Positions 10,147 through 19,628 of a stretch of 64,000 bases of DNA are shown piece by piece. The translations under genes were made by a program, and so were the position numbers. Where the stretch lies: positions 372,001 through 436,000 of IMG/VR virus record IMGVR_UViG_3300009545_000018; one strand, 5' to 3'. The notes under the pieces are model-generated. The model searched no databases and was not told the origin of the DNA. It saw only the letters and a list, made by a program, of their open reading frames with translations. Each line of letters begins with the position of its first letter. Position 1 is the stretch's first letter.

Positions 10147-10341
10147 ATGCCAATTTATCTTTATAAGTGCCCAATTCATAATGAATTTGAAATAGAACAT
10201 TCTGTACATGATCGTTTGGAAGAATGTCCAAAGTGTAAAGAAGAAGGAAAAGAGCATCCAGAAAAAGTCACAAGGCTAATTGCAGGTGGAACACAGTTTA
10301 CTTTAATTGGTGGGTGCTGGTCCAGTGATAATTATAAGTGA
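10147..10341 (+). CDS. FmdB-family zinc-ribbon protein (second copy)
   Basis: MPIYLYKCPIH...CPKC...GGCWSSDNY. Confidence 0.75.
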   Translation: MPIYLYKCPIHNEFEIEHSVHDRLEECPKCKEEGKEHPEKVTRLIAGGTQFTLIGGCWSSDNYK

Positions 10342-10345
10342 TATC

Positions 10346-10486
10346 ATGTCAAACAAAGGTAGCAACAAACAAAAACTTCAACAGGTAATTGATTTGTTAA
10401 AGTTTGTTCTAACTTTAGATGATGAAGAGATTACTAAATCAACAATTGAGTCAGTTGTAGAAATTCTAGAAGAAATCAACAAGTAA
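10346..10486 (+). CDS. Small hypothetical protein (46 aa)
   Basis: MSNKGSNKQKLQQVIDLLKFVL...; fills the gap in the operon. Confidence 0.5.
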   Translation: MSNKGSNKQKLQQVIDLLKFVLTLDDEEITKSTIESVVEILEEINK

Positions 10487-10572
10487 ATTCAGGCATTTAT
10501 AAAAATTTGATTCTTTTTATTTTGTAGTATCAATATTTGTGTATAACATTACTTTAAAATCAAGAGAGAAAT

Positions 10573-11202
10573 ATGATAACAGAACAAGACGCACAAGATT
10601 TGATGATTAGGTTAATTGAGCTTAGAGAACAAGCAAAAAAAAGCGAAGATGTAAAGATAAAAAGTGCTCTAAAAAAGCATGAAGCACAATGTATTGAAAA
10701 ATTTAAATATTTAGTAACCATGAAAACTGGTCGATACAAAATTTTTAGTAATTATGAAGACTTAAATCAAGAGGGATTTGAAGCTTTAATTAAAGCAATG
10801 AATAATTATAATCCAAATAAAGGTTCTTTCTTTTGGTGGGCACATAAATATATTGATACTCGTATTTCACGTAGTGCTAATTTACATACTACTATAAGAT
10901 ATCCACTTAAGGTAGCTAAAGAATCAACACCTCATAAAGAATCTATAATGCCAGTTTTGATTGAAGAAAGATATTGTCCTGACAAAGAATTAGAGTTGGC
11001 TCAAACCTATACTGCCATGGAAAAGGCTTTTGATAAATTATCAAACGAACAAAAAGATATTGTTAATCTTGCTTTTGGTTTTGATAGCGATAAACCAATG
11101 TCTATCAATAAAATTTGTAAGAAATTAAATATTTCAAGATTAAATTGTATTAAAACAATTAATGGTGCTTTATCTATTATGAAGGAGAGCATCAAAGTAT
11201 AA
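10573..11202 (+). CDS. Phage sigma70-family sigma factor
   Basis: Region 2 (EDLNQEGFEALIKAMNNYNPNKG-FFWWA) and region 4 HTH (LSNEQKDIV...MSINKICKKLNIS). Confidence 0.85.
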   Translation: MITEQDAQDLMIRLIELREQAKKSEDVKIKSALKKHEAQCIEKFKYLVTMKTGRYKIFSNYEDLNQEGFEALIKAMNNYNPNKGSFFWWAHKYIDTRISRSANLHTTIRYPLKVAKESTPHKESIMPVLIEERYCPDKELELAQTYTAMEKAFDKLSNEQKDIVNLAFGFDSDKPMSINKICKKLNISRLNCIKTINGALSIMKESIKV

Positions 11203-11267
11203 ACAAGTCTTATAATATAGTTTATTGCTTTAAACTATATTGGTATACTTTTATCTAAAAGGTCTTA

Positions 11268-12230
11268 ATGAGCGTATTAACAAATAAAAATAATGATAGG
11301 TTTGTGTTATTTCCTATAAAACAACACGCTTTATGGAAAGCCTATAAAGATGCAGAAGCCAGTTTTTGGACAGCAGAAGAAATTGATCTTTCTGGCGACT
11401 TAAGTGATTGGGCAAAATTAAACGATAATGAAAGACATTTTATTAGCTATGTGCTTGCATTTTTTGCAGCATCTGATGGTATTGTTGGAGAAAATTTAGC
11501 ATTACGTTTTTATGGTGATGTTGGTTATCCTGAAGCAAGAGTTTTTTATGGCTTTCAATTAATGATGGAAGGTATTCATTCAGAAACTTATTCATTACTA
11601 ATAGACACTTATATAAAAGATGAAGAAGAAAAAACAAAATTATTTAAAGCAATCAATACAATTCCTGTAATTCAAAAAAAGGCTAACTGGGCTTTAAAAT
11701 GGATTGAGTCAGGAGCTTCTTTTGAAGAAAGATTAATTGCCTTTGCAATTGTAGAGGGCATTTTCTTTTCGTCTTCTTTTTGTTCTATTTATTGGCTCAA
11801 AAAACGCGGACTAATGCCTGGACTTGGATTCTCCAATGAACTAATTTCTAGAGATGAAGGTATGCATACTGATTTTGCTTGCTTATTATACTCTTCATCC
11901 GATAACAAATTATCAATTGAACGTATTTATGAAATTCTAACTGAAGCTGTCAATATTGAATGTGAATTTGCAACTGAATCTTTACCTGTAGAATTAATTG
12001 GGATGAATAGTAAGCTTATGTCGCAATATATAAAATTTGTTGCAGATAGATTATTAATATCTCTTGGGTATAATAAGCTCTACAACAGTGCAAATCCATT
12101 TGATTTTATGGAAATGATTTCTTTACAAAATAAAGCTAATTTTTTCGAAAAGCGAGTGGCAGAATATCGTAAGTCTGGTGTGGGCAATTCGGCAACCCAA
12201 AATACAATTTCATTTGATGCAGATTTTTAA
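11268..12230 (+). CDS. nrdB: Ribonucleotide reductase class Ia beta subunit
   Basis: [42 protein letters not shown]. Confidence 0.95.
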   Translation: MSVLTNKNNDRFVLFPIKQHALWKAYKDAEASFWTAEEIDLSGDLSDWAKLNDNERHFISYVLAFFAASDGIVGENLALRFYGDVGYPEARVFYGFQLMMEGIHSETYSLLIDTYIKDEEEKTKLFKAINTIPVIQKKANWALKWIESGASFEERLIAFAIVEGIFFSSSFCSIYWLKKRGLMPGLGFSNELISRDEGMHTDFACLLYSSSDNKLSIERIYEILTEAVNIECEFATESLPVELIGMNSKLMSQYIKFVADRLLISLGYNKLYNSANPFDFMEMISLQNKANFFEKRVAEYRKSGVGNSATQNTISFDADF

Positions 12231-12239
12231 TGAGGAACG

Positions 12240-14639
12240 ATGTTTGTAGTAAAAAGAGATGGAAGAAAAGAACAAGTAAAGTTAGATAAAATTTCAAAAA
12301 GATTATCTACTGCGTGTAAAGGTTTAAAAAACACAGATCCACTTATTGTTGCACAAAAAGTTATTAATGGATTATATGATGGAGTTTCTACAGAAGAACT
12401 GGATAAGTTAGCTTGTGAAACAGCCTATGCTATGTCTGTAAAACATCCTGAATATGATACGCTTGCAACCAGACTAGTTATATCAAATTTACATAAACAA
12501 ACGCCATCTACTTTTGTTGAAGTAATTGAAAAACTTAATTCTACAATTGATGTATGGGGAAATTCAAAATCTCTAATATCAGATAAGGTTTATAAATTTG
12601 TAAAAAAATATGGTCATGTATTAGATTCTACCATTGATTATAGTAGAGATTATTTATTTGATTATTTCGGTTATAAAACATTAGAAAGGTCATATCTATT
12701 AAAAATCTATGATAAAAATGATTCTGGAAAAATTACTAAAAGGATCATTGAGCGTCCCCAACATATGTGGATGCGTGTAGCAATTGGAATTCACTCAGAT
12801 GATGTCGAAGCTGCAATTAATACTTATCACTTACTTTCTACTAAAAAAGCAACACATGCTACTCCAACATTATTTAACTCAGGCTTAGTTAAGAACCAAT
12901 TAAGTTCTTGCTTCTTGATTGCAATGAAAGATGATAGTATTAGTGGAATTTATGATACACTAACAGAATGCGCTTTAATTTCTCAATCTTCTGGTGGAAT
13001 TGGAGTTCATTTTCATGATATTAGATCTAAAGGATCGCCAATTTATGGGACAGGTGGTGTAAGTAATGGCATTGTGCCCATGTTAAGAAATTTTAATGAA
13101 ACTGCCCGCTACGTTGACCAAGGTGGCGGACGTCGAAAAGGTTCTTTTGCCATGTATTTAGAGCCATGGCATGCTGATGTTTTTGATTTTTTAGATTTAC
13201 GTAAAAATACTGGCAAAGAAGAATTACGTTGTAGAGATTTAAATTTGGCTTTGTGGGTACCAGATCTTTTTTTTAAAAGAGTAGAAGAAGATGGAAATTG
13301 GACCTTAATGGATCCTAATAAATGCAAAGGATTATCAGATTTATATGGAATAGCATTTGAAGATCAATATTTAAAATATGAAGCATCTAATTTTGGAGAA
13401 CGAACAATCAAAGCAAGAGAATTGTGGTCTGCTATTGTGGAGTCTCAAATTGAAACTGGACAACCTTATATTTTAGCCAAAGATGCATGCAATAATAAAT
13501 CTAATCAAAAAAATCTAGGAACTATTAAATCAAGCAATTTGTGTGCAGAAATTATTGAACATACAGATAAAGATCATACAGCTGTATGTAATTTGGCTAG
13601 CATCTCTCTTCCATCTTGTGTTGAAGGTAAAAAATATAAAAAGACATTTAATTTTGATAAGTTATATGAGATTACTAAAACATTAACGGAAAATCTTAAC
13701 AAAATTATTGATACAGAATATTATCCAGTTGAAACAGCTAAAAGATCTAATTTAAAAGACAGACCTATTGGAATTGGTATTCAAGGATTAGCAGATGTAT
13801 TTGCATTAATGAGATATTCGTGGGAAAGCGAATCTGCAACAAATTTAAATAAACAAATTGCGGAAACTATTTACTATGCTTTTTTAGAAACATCATGTGA
13901 CCTTGCAAAAGCAGAAAAACCATATTCTTCTTATGAAAATTCCCCAGTAAGTAAAGGAATTTTACAATTTGAAGAATGGAATGTTAAACCGTCTGATTTA
14001 TGGGACTGGGCATCTCTTAAGAAAAAAATTAAAAAATATGGTGTTAGAAATTCTTTAGGTATTGCATTGATGCCTACAGCCTCAACTTCCCAGATTCTTG
14101 GAAACACAGAATGCTTTGAGCCCATTACTAGTAATATATATAAAAGATCCACTTTATCTGGAGAGTTCATTCAAGTTAACAAATATTTAGTTGATGATTT
14201 AATTGAACAAGGTTTATGGACAGAAGATTTAAGGCAAAAAATTATCTCTAATAATGGTTCTATTCAAAATATTGATGAGATACCAAATGAAATTAAAAAT
14301 TTATATAAAACTGTTTGGGAACTATCGCAAAAGATTATTATAAATATGGCAGCTGATCGTGGACCATATGTTTGTCAGTCGCAAAGTATGAATCTTTATA
14401 TTAAGGATCCCAATGCCGCCAAATTAACTAGTGCTATTTTTCTTGCCTGGAAGAGGGGCTTGAAAACTTTGGTATATTACATGAGAACTAATGCGGCTAA
14501 AGATGCTATTAAAATAACTGTTGAAAAAGAAATTGAAAATAATTCAATTTCTATTACTAATGAAGAGGTGTTAAATAATGAGGAAAGAATTGCTTGTTCT
14601 TTGGATAATCCAGAGGCTTGTGAGATGTGTGGAAGCTAA
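12240..14639 (+). CDS. nrdA: Ribonucleotide reductase class Ia alpha subunit with ATP cone
   Basis: VVKRDG ATP cone, ATPTLFNSG, QLSSC, SNLCAE, MPTASTSQ, C-terminal CEMC. Confidence 0.96.
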   Translation: MFVVKRDGRKEQVKLDKISKRLSTACKGLKNTDPLIVAQKVINGLYDGVSTEELDKLACETAYAMSVKHPEYDTLATRLVISNLHKQTPSTFVEVIEKLNSTIDVWGNSKSLISDKVYKFVKKYGHVLDSTIDYSRDYLFDYFGYKTLERSYLLKIYDKNDSGKITKRIIERPQHMWMRVAIGIHSDDVEAAINTYHLLSTKKATHATPTLFNSGLVKNQLSSCFLIAMKDDSISGIYDTLTECALISQSSGGIGVHFHDIRSKGSPIYGTGGVSNGIVPMLRNFNETARYVDQGGGRRKGSFAMYLEPWHADVFDFLDLRKNTGKEELRCRDLNLALWVPDLFFKRVEEDGNWTLMDPNKCKGLSDLYGIAFEDQYLKYEASNFGERTIKARELWSAIVESQIETGQPYILAKDACNNKSNQKNLGTIKSSNLCAEIIEHTDKDHTAVCNLASISLPSCVEGKKYKKTFNFDKLYEITKTLTENLNKIIDTEYYPVETAKRSNLKDRPIGIGIQGLADVFALMRYSWESESATNLNKQIAETIYYAFLETSCDLAKAEKPYSSYENSPVSKGILQFEEWNVKPSDLWDWASLKKKIKKYGVRNSLGIALMPTASTSQILGNTECFEPITSNIYKRSTLSGEFIQVNKYLVDDLIEQGLWTEDLRQKIISNNGSIQNIDEIPNEIKNLYKTVWELSQKIIINMAADRGPYVCQSQSMNLYIKDPNAAKLTSAIFLAWKRGLKTLVYYMRTNAAKDAIKITVEKEIENNSISITNEEVLNNEERIACSLDNPEACEMCGS

Positions 14640-14680
14640 ATATATTTATATCAATTAACTGATATTGTAATTGAAAGGTT

Positions 14681-15046
14681 ATGAAAGGTACAATACTGCT
14701 TAATTATGACGCCAATGTCAAACAAGTAGAAGAAGAAGAGCAAATGCGTTTTCTTTATAGCTTACTTGAATCGATGGGCGTTCCTATCCAAGATTTTTGG
14801 ATGGGTGAAAATTCATTATCCGTAATTCAGAAAATTAAACTTAGAAACCTTCTGCATTTATACAATATCAAATTAGTTGATGATCGTGATGGTCACCTAG
14901 AAGTATACTGTGAAAATGAGAAAATTGCAGAGTGGCATAAGTGTACCTATAAGATCAAAAAGGATCTACAAGAATTAGATCCAAGAAAACAATTATATTT
15001 AGAAATGTCTGTAGATTGTTTTAGTGTATTTGATGAAAATGAGTAA
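14681..15046 (+). CDS. Hypothetical protein
   Basis: 121-aa ORF with GAAAGG RBS. Confidence 0.65.
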   Translation: MKGTILLNYDANVKQVEEEEQMRFLYSLLESMGVPIQDFWMGENSLSVIQKIKLRNLLHLYNIKLVDDRDGHLEVYCENEKIAEWHKCTYKIKKDLQELDPRKQLYLEMSVDCFSVFDENE

Positions 15047-15152
15047 TAAAATAACTACAAAAATTTTTATTGAAAGAGAAAATTTTCTTAAATCTTCTGG
15101 ATTTAATTTTGTAAGTATCTGGGAAGATGATTACAAAAAAGGTAATGAATGA
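15039..15152 (+). pseudogene. Possible remnant of a Vsr/DUF559-like endonuclease C-terminus (37 aa)
   Basis: MSNKITTKIFIERENFLKSSGFNFVSIWEDDYKKGNE; overlaps both neighbours. Confidence 0.4.
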
Positions 15153-16456
15153 AAAAATATATACTAGATACTTCAACGTTAATTTCTGATCCACAAAGCT
15201 TTAAATTTTATCAAGATAGTGAAGTTATCATTCCAATTACTGTGCTTAATGAATTAGATAAATTAAAAAAACAACCAGGAGAAGCTGGAAGAAATGCTAG
15301 AGTTTCCATTAAACTTATTGATGAAATAAGTTTATTAGGGGATATAAGTACGGGTGTGTTAATTGATAATAATATTTTAATTAAAGTAGATGCTACCTAT
15401 TATGATATAAAAAATGATCCAAAATTTTTGGGGTTTGGTGACCCGACATATGGTGATACTCAGATTTTAGCATCTCTTTATACTCATTTTCTTGAGTTTA
15501 TAAATGATGATGTTATTCTAATTAGTAATGATATTAATTTAAGAATTAAAGCAAAAGCCCGAGGCATTGATGCATGTGGTTATGAAGGAAATAAATTTTC
15601 CATTTCTGACTTATATTCTGGTAATCAATCATTTGTAGATGAAGGAACTGGTAATTTTTTATTAAAAAATGGATTTATTGATCCTGAAGTTTTTGGTTTA
15701 GAATTAAATCAAAATGAGTTTGTAAGTTTCGAAACTAAAAATAATGATTTAATTTCTTTTGGTAGAAAAATTGATGTTAATAGAGTAGAATTAGTTAAAA
15801 AAGTTTATCCCTGGGGAATTACTCCTAAAAATAAAGAACAAGCCTATTCTATAGATTTAATTATGGATCCAAATATAGATCTTGTAACTTTAATTGGTAA
15901 AGCTGGTACTGGTAAAAGTTTAATGGTGCTGGCAAGTGCTTTGCAATTAGTTTTAAGTAAAAAATATTATGAAAAATTTGTTATCTATCGACCAATACAA
16001 CCAGTAGGTAATGATATTGGATTTTTGCCTGGAACTTTAGAAGAAAAATTAAGTCCTTGGTTTCAAGCAATTATGGATAACTTTGAGTTTTTATTAGGTG
16101 CCAAAAATCGTGAATGGAAAAAAGATTTTGAAATGTGGCAAAAAAAGGGATTAATAGAAATGGAAGCTATAACTTACATTCGAGGTAGAAGTATTCCTAA
16201 TTCTATTATTCTTGTAGATGAATGTCAAAATTTATCAAAAGAAGAAGTTAAAACTATTCTCACTAGAGCTGGAGAAAACACTAAAATAATATTAACAGGC
16301 GATCTTGATCAAATTGATAGATCTGATTTAGATGCAACTAACAATGGATTAATATATGTTATAGAAAAACTAAAAAACTCTGGTATTTCTGGGCATGTAA
16401 CCCTAACAAAAGGTGAACGTAGTAAATTAGCTACAATAGCATCAGAATTATTATGA
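15149..16456 (+). CDS. phoH: PIN-domain plus PhoH-family ATPase
   Basis: YILDTS PIN start, ISNDINLRIKA, GKAGTGKS, YIRGRS, VDECQN, GDLDQID. Confidence 0.9.
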   Translation: MKKYILDTSTLISDPQSFKFYQDSEVIIPITVLNELDKLKKQPGEAGRNARVSIKLIDEISLLGDISTGVLIDNNILIKVDATYYDIKNDPKFLGFGDPTYGDTQILASLYTHFLEFINDDVILISNDINLRIKAKARGIDACGYEGNKFSISDLYSGNQSFVDEGTGNFLLKNGFIDPEVFGLELNQNEFVSFETKNNDLISFGRKIDVNRVELVKKVYPWGITPKNKEQAYSIDLIMDPNIDLVTLIGKAGTGKSLMVLASALQLVLSKKYYEKFVIYRPIQPVGNDIGFLPGTLEEKLSPWFQAIMDNFEFLLGAKNREWKKDFEMWQKKGLIEMEAITYIRGRSIPNSIILVDECQNLSKEEVKTILTRAGENTKIILTGDLDQIDRSDLDATNNGLIYVIEKLKNSGISGHVTLTKGERSKLATIASELL

Positions 16457-16617
16457 TAATATCAATACCTAATTCTCTTTTACAAACCGAACAAAATATT
16501 GAAAAATTTAAAGCTGCCCGTGAATTTGTTAAAATGTCTGATATAGATGAATTTGTTATTATAACGGAAAATCATTTAAATAATGATATGTTAAATATAT
16601 TTTGTAAGGCGTTATGA
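16453..16617 (+). pseudogene. Possible remnant of a TnsA/T4 gp4-like endonuclease C-terminus (54 aa)
   Basis: EKFKAAREFV...FVIITENHL; ATGA overlaps at both ends. Confidence 0.35.
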
Positions 16618-16967
16618 GCATTCAAATAGGGCTTGGCACACAAATAGGACCTAACGTACAAATAGGGACTTATTCTCAAAAGTCTAGTATTATTGATAAT
16701 AAAGGTGTTGAAATGAGTGAAGAAAATAAAAAGACAAAATTAGATGAAGTAGATCGTTTAGTTCTTGAGTTGGCAAAATCCCAAAGACAAGTTTCTTTAG
16801 CGGATGCTAAGACAGCTCTAGCCAATAATGAAAAATCAGAATTACAATATAAATATGTTGTACTTCAAATTTATATGAAATATAATTTAACTGAAAATGA
16901 TTCCATAACTGAATCTGGTGATATTAATTATGGTGGAGCTATAACTCAACAAGAAAATAAGGCGTAA
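16614..16967 (+). CDS. Hypothetical protein
   Basis: N-terminal QIG repeats followed by a coiled-coil-like part; may start at the internal Met. Confidence 0.55.
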   Translation: MSIQIGLGTQIGPNVQIGTYSQKSSIIDNKGVEMSEENKKTKLDEVDRLVLELAKSQRQVSLADAKTALANNEKSELQYKYVVLQIYMKYNLTENDSITESGDINYGGAITQQENKA

Positions 16968-16971
16968 TTAT

Positions 16972-17148
16972 ATGACCGCCGAATTGTCCAGTGAGATATC
17001 TAATTTAATTGTTATTCGCAATTATATTGATACTAATATAAATAGCGATACCATTTCTAGAGAAGAAGTAAATCAATTATATATTATAATGAAGAAAATA
17101 GATCGTAAAATAATTGATTTACTTCTATCTAAAGATCTGAAAATATAA
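16972..17148 (+). CDS. Small hypothetical protein (58 aa)
   Basis: MTAELSSEISNLIVIRNYI...; fills the intergenic gap. Confidence 0.5.
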   Translation: MTAELSSEISNLIVIRNYIDTNINSDTISREEVNQLYIIMKKIDRKIIDLLLSKDLKI

Positions 17149-17170
17149 TTCTACATTAAGGTAAGTTACA

Positions 17171-17980
17171 ATGAGAATTCAAACTAAAAATACTTTTAGT
17201 GATAATTGTATTATTAATTTAAAAAATGATGACTGGTTACATAAACAAAGAGTGGCTGGTAAAGTTGTAGCAAAAACTCTAACATTTCTTAAAAACGAGG
17301 TTGCTAATAAAACAACCTCTACAATGTTAGATCTAAATGCTTTAGCGGAAGAAATAATTATTTCTTCCGGATGTACTCCAACCTTTAAAAATTATAAAGG
17401 ATTTCCATCTGGCGTTTGTATTTCCATTAATAAACAATTAGTCCATGGAATTCCAACTGATTATAAATTACAAGAAGGTGATGTAGTAAGTTTTGATCTA
17501 GGGGCAACTTACCAAGGTGCTATAGCAGATAGTGCAATAACTTGTATTTATGGTGAACCTAAGTCATTAGATCATGTTCGTTTAATTGAAGCAACTGAAG
17601 AATCTCTAATGAAAGGCATAGAGTCTATTAAAGTAGGCAATAGATTGGGTTGTATTGGTAGCGCCATTTCTAAATGTGCTAAATATCATGGATTTGGTTT
17701 AGTATCTAATTATGGTGGTCATGGATTAGATTGGGATGTTCCTCATGCTGCGCCCTTTGTTGCTAATAAATCTGAAATAAATGAAGGTATTAGAATAGCA
17801 GCAGGATTATCAATTGCTATTGAACCTATGTTAACAATTGGTAGCCCAACAACTAAGGTGTTAGATGATGGTTGGACTGTAGTTACTGATAATATTGGAT
17901 CTCATTTTGAACACTCTGTTTATGTTCATGAAGATTATGTAGAAATTATTACAGACAGAACACAATACAAGATGGCTTAA
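17171..17980 (+). CDS. map: Type I methionine aminopeptidase
   Basis: CISIN..LVHGIP, DLG..YQGAIADSA, GHG, IEPM, HFEHSV metal ligands. Confidence 0.93.
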   Translation: MRIQTKNTFSDNCIINLKNDDWLHKQRVAGKVVAKTLTFLKNEVANKTTSTMLDLNALAEEIIISSGCTPTFKNYKGFPSGVCISINKQLVHGIPTDYKLQEGDVVSFDLGATYQGAIADSAITCIYGEPKSLDHVRLIEATEESLMKGIESIKVGNRLGCIGSAISKCAKYHGFGLVSNYGGHGLDWDVPHAAPFVANKSEINEGIRIAAGLSIAIEPMLTIGSPTTKVLDDGWTVVTDNIGSHFEHSVYVHEDYVEIITDRTQYKMA

Positions 17981-17983
17981 ATT

Positions 17984-18235
17984 ATGACATTACATGCCAC
18001 TGAATATGAAAAACAAAAAATTAATAAAATGGTTACAGAAATAGCCAAAATGTCTTTGTCTGAATGGCAATCTTTTAAAAAACTTTTTAAATACAAAGGA
18101 TTGCGTGCAGTTGAAATACATATTAATACTAGTATTAAATATTCAAGTCATTATGTTGAATTTTTTTCTTATGATACAGTTGATAAATTTTGGGCAGATT
18201 TATACAAATTTAGGCATTTAAAAGCTTTCTTATAA
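17984..18235 (+). CDS. Hypothetical protein with the shared C-terminal tail
   Basis: ends LYKFRHLKAFL. Confidence 0.7.
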   Translation: MTLHATEYEKQKINKMVTEIAKMSLSEWQSFKKLFKYKGLRAVEIHINTSIKYSSHYVEFFSYDTVDKFWADLYKFRHLKAFL

Positions 18236-18245
18236 TAAGGTTTAC

Positions 18246-18413
18246 ATGAAAATAGAATTTGAGGATAAATCTTACATTGAATGTAAAAAATCTTCTGACG
18301 GGAAGATAATTATAATTATTTCAGCAAAAGATCATAATAATGCTCTAAAAAAAATTACAAATGCTGTTGAGATATCTATTGATGATTTTAAAAGACTAAT
18401 TGAAGATGTTTAA
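18246..18413 (+). CDS. Small hypothetical protein (55 aa)
   Basis: MKIEFEDKSYIECKKS...; AAGG RBS. Confidence 0.55.
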   Translation: MKIEFEDKSYIECKKSSDGKIIIIISAKDHNNALKKITNAVEISIDDFKRLIEDV

Positions 18414-18780
18414 CGTTGAAGAATTTAATGATTATATAAAAAAGAATTATAATAAAAATATTATATTTATATATAATGAACAAATACAAAATATAATAAA
18501 TAATAATACAGTTTGTAATTGTGAAAATATTGAAAAGTTGATAATTAATGTTATGAAAAATGAGTTTTTTGTAGAAAACTTAGTTAATATTCCGGATTAT
18601 AAACAGAGTTATGATGATTTTTTAAAAACTTTTACCCAATATAGTTATAATAGATTTAATTATTTTTATTGTACACTAGCATCAACAAATAGTAGAGTAG
18701 TTGTTATTTTTCCACTTAAATATAGATCAGAATTTCATAAAAGATTGTCTAAAATAAATAATTTGAAAGTATTTTTATAA
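18406..18780 (+). CDS. Hypothetical protein with the shared C-terminal tail
   Basis: ends RLSKINNLKVFL; probable ATG at 18406. Confidence 0.65.
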   Translation: MFNVEEFNDYIKKNYNKNIIFIYNEQIQNIINNNTVCNCENIEKLIINVMKNEFFVENLVNIPDYKQSYDDFLKTFTQYSYNRFNYFYCTLASTNSRVVVIFPLKYRSEFHKRLSKINNLKVFL

Positions 18781-18792
18781 TAAAGGATTAAT

Positions 18793-19344
18793 ATGAAAGT
18801 TTATTTTGTAGGATCACATTCAACGGGTAAAACAACTTGTGCTCGTTATATTTCTGAAACATATCAGCTCCCAATGATTACTGAGGTTGCCAGAATGATT
18901 TTATCAGAAAAAGAGCTACAAATTGACTCTATGAGACATGATTTAAATTTAGTTGACGAATATCAACAACAGATATTTTCTAGACAATTAGAAGAAGAAT
19001 CTAAATATGTTTCATTTGTGTCTGATAGGAGCTTTGATCACTTAGCCTATGCTGCTCAACATACAAGAATCCTATCTAAATTAATAAATTCTTCCGAGCT
19101 TCGGGACTACCTGACCACCTTGCAGGCGCCGGATTCTTTTATTTTCTTTGTACGTCCCTCTAAAGCCACCCTTAAAGATGATGGTGTAAGAGAAAGTTTG
19201 AGTTGGGATGGCGTAATTGCTATTGACTCTAAAATTCATTTATTATTAGAAATGTTTTCTTTAAGATATTTTCAAATTAATACTGATAATATGCAAGAAA
19301 GAGTTAGACTTATGGATTCTGTTTTAAGTCTTTCTAATGAATAA
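18793..19344 (+). CDS. P-loop nucleotide kinase-like ATPase (AAA_28/NadR-type)
   Basis: GSHSTGKTT, EVAR, SDRSFDHLAY. Confidence 0.75.
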   Translation: MKVYFVGSHSTGKTTCARYISETYQLPMITEVARMILSEKELQIDSMRHDLNLVDEYQQQIFSRQLEEESKYVSFVSDRSFDHLAYAAQHTRILSKLINSSELRDYLTTLQAPDSFIFFVRPSKATLKDDGVRESLSWDGVIAIDSKIHLLLEMFSLRYFQINTDNMQERVRLMDSVLSLSNE

Positions 19345-19359
19345 TTTATTATATTAAAT

Positions 19360-19524
19360 ATGAGCAAATCTATATTTATAACCGGATATCTCAAATGGGA
19401 TGGCAAAAAATATATTATTAGAAATAATACTGAAAATATAGATGGAGAAATTACTGTTACATTAGATGATGAAAAAGTTGTATATTTTGTAAATGGAAAA
19501 TGTAAAATTGTAAATAAAAATTAA
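19360..19524 (+). CDS. Small hypothetical protein (54 aa)
   Basis: MSKSIFITGYLKWDGKKYII... Confidence 0.45.
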   Translation: MSKSIFITGYLKWDGKKYIIRNNTENIDGEITVTLDDEKVVYFVNGKCKIVNKN

Positions 19525-19628
19525 AATATACGTCTTTTTACTATAAATCCTGATTATTTAAAATATATGTAAGCTGCCTGCTAAAATTATCATATAATAT
19601 TAGTACTTAATGTTATGGTGGGTAATTA

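Noticed and set aside
11214-11241. 11-bp inverted repeat upstream of nrdB as an NrdR box
   Set aside because: AT-rich stem that does not match the NrdR consensus; could be a weak terminator or chance
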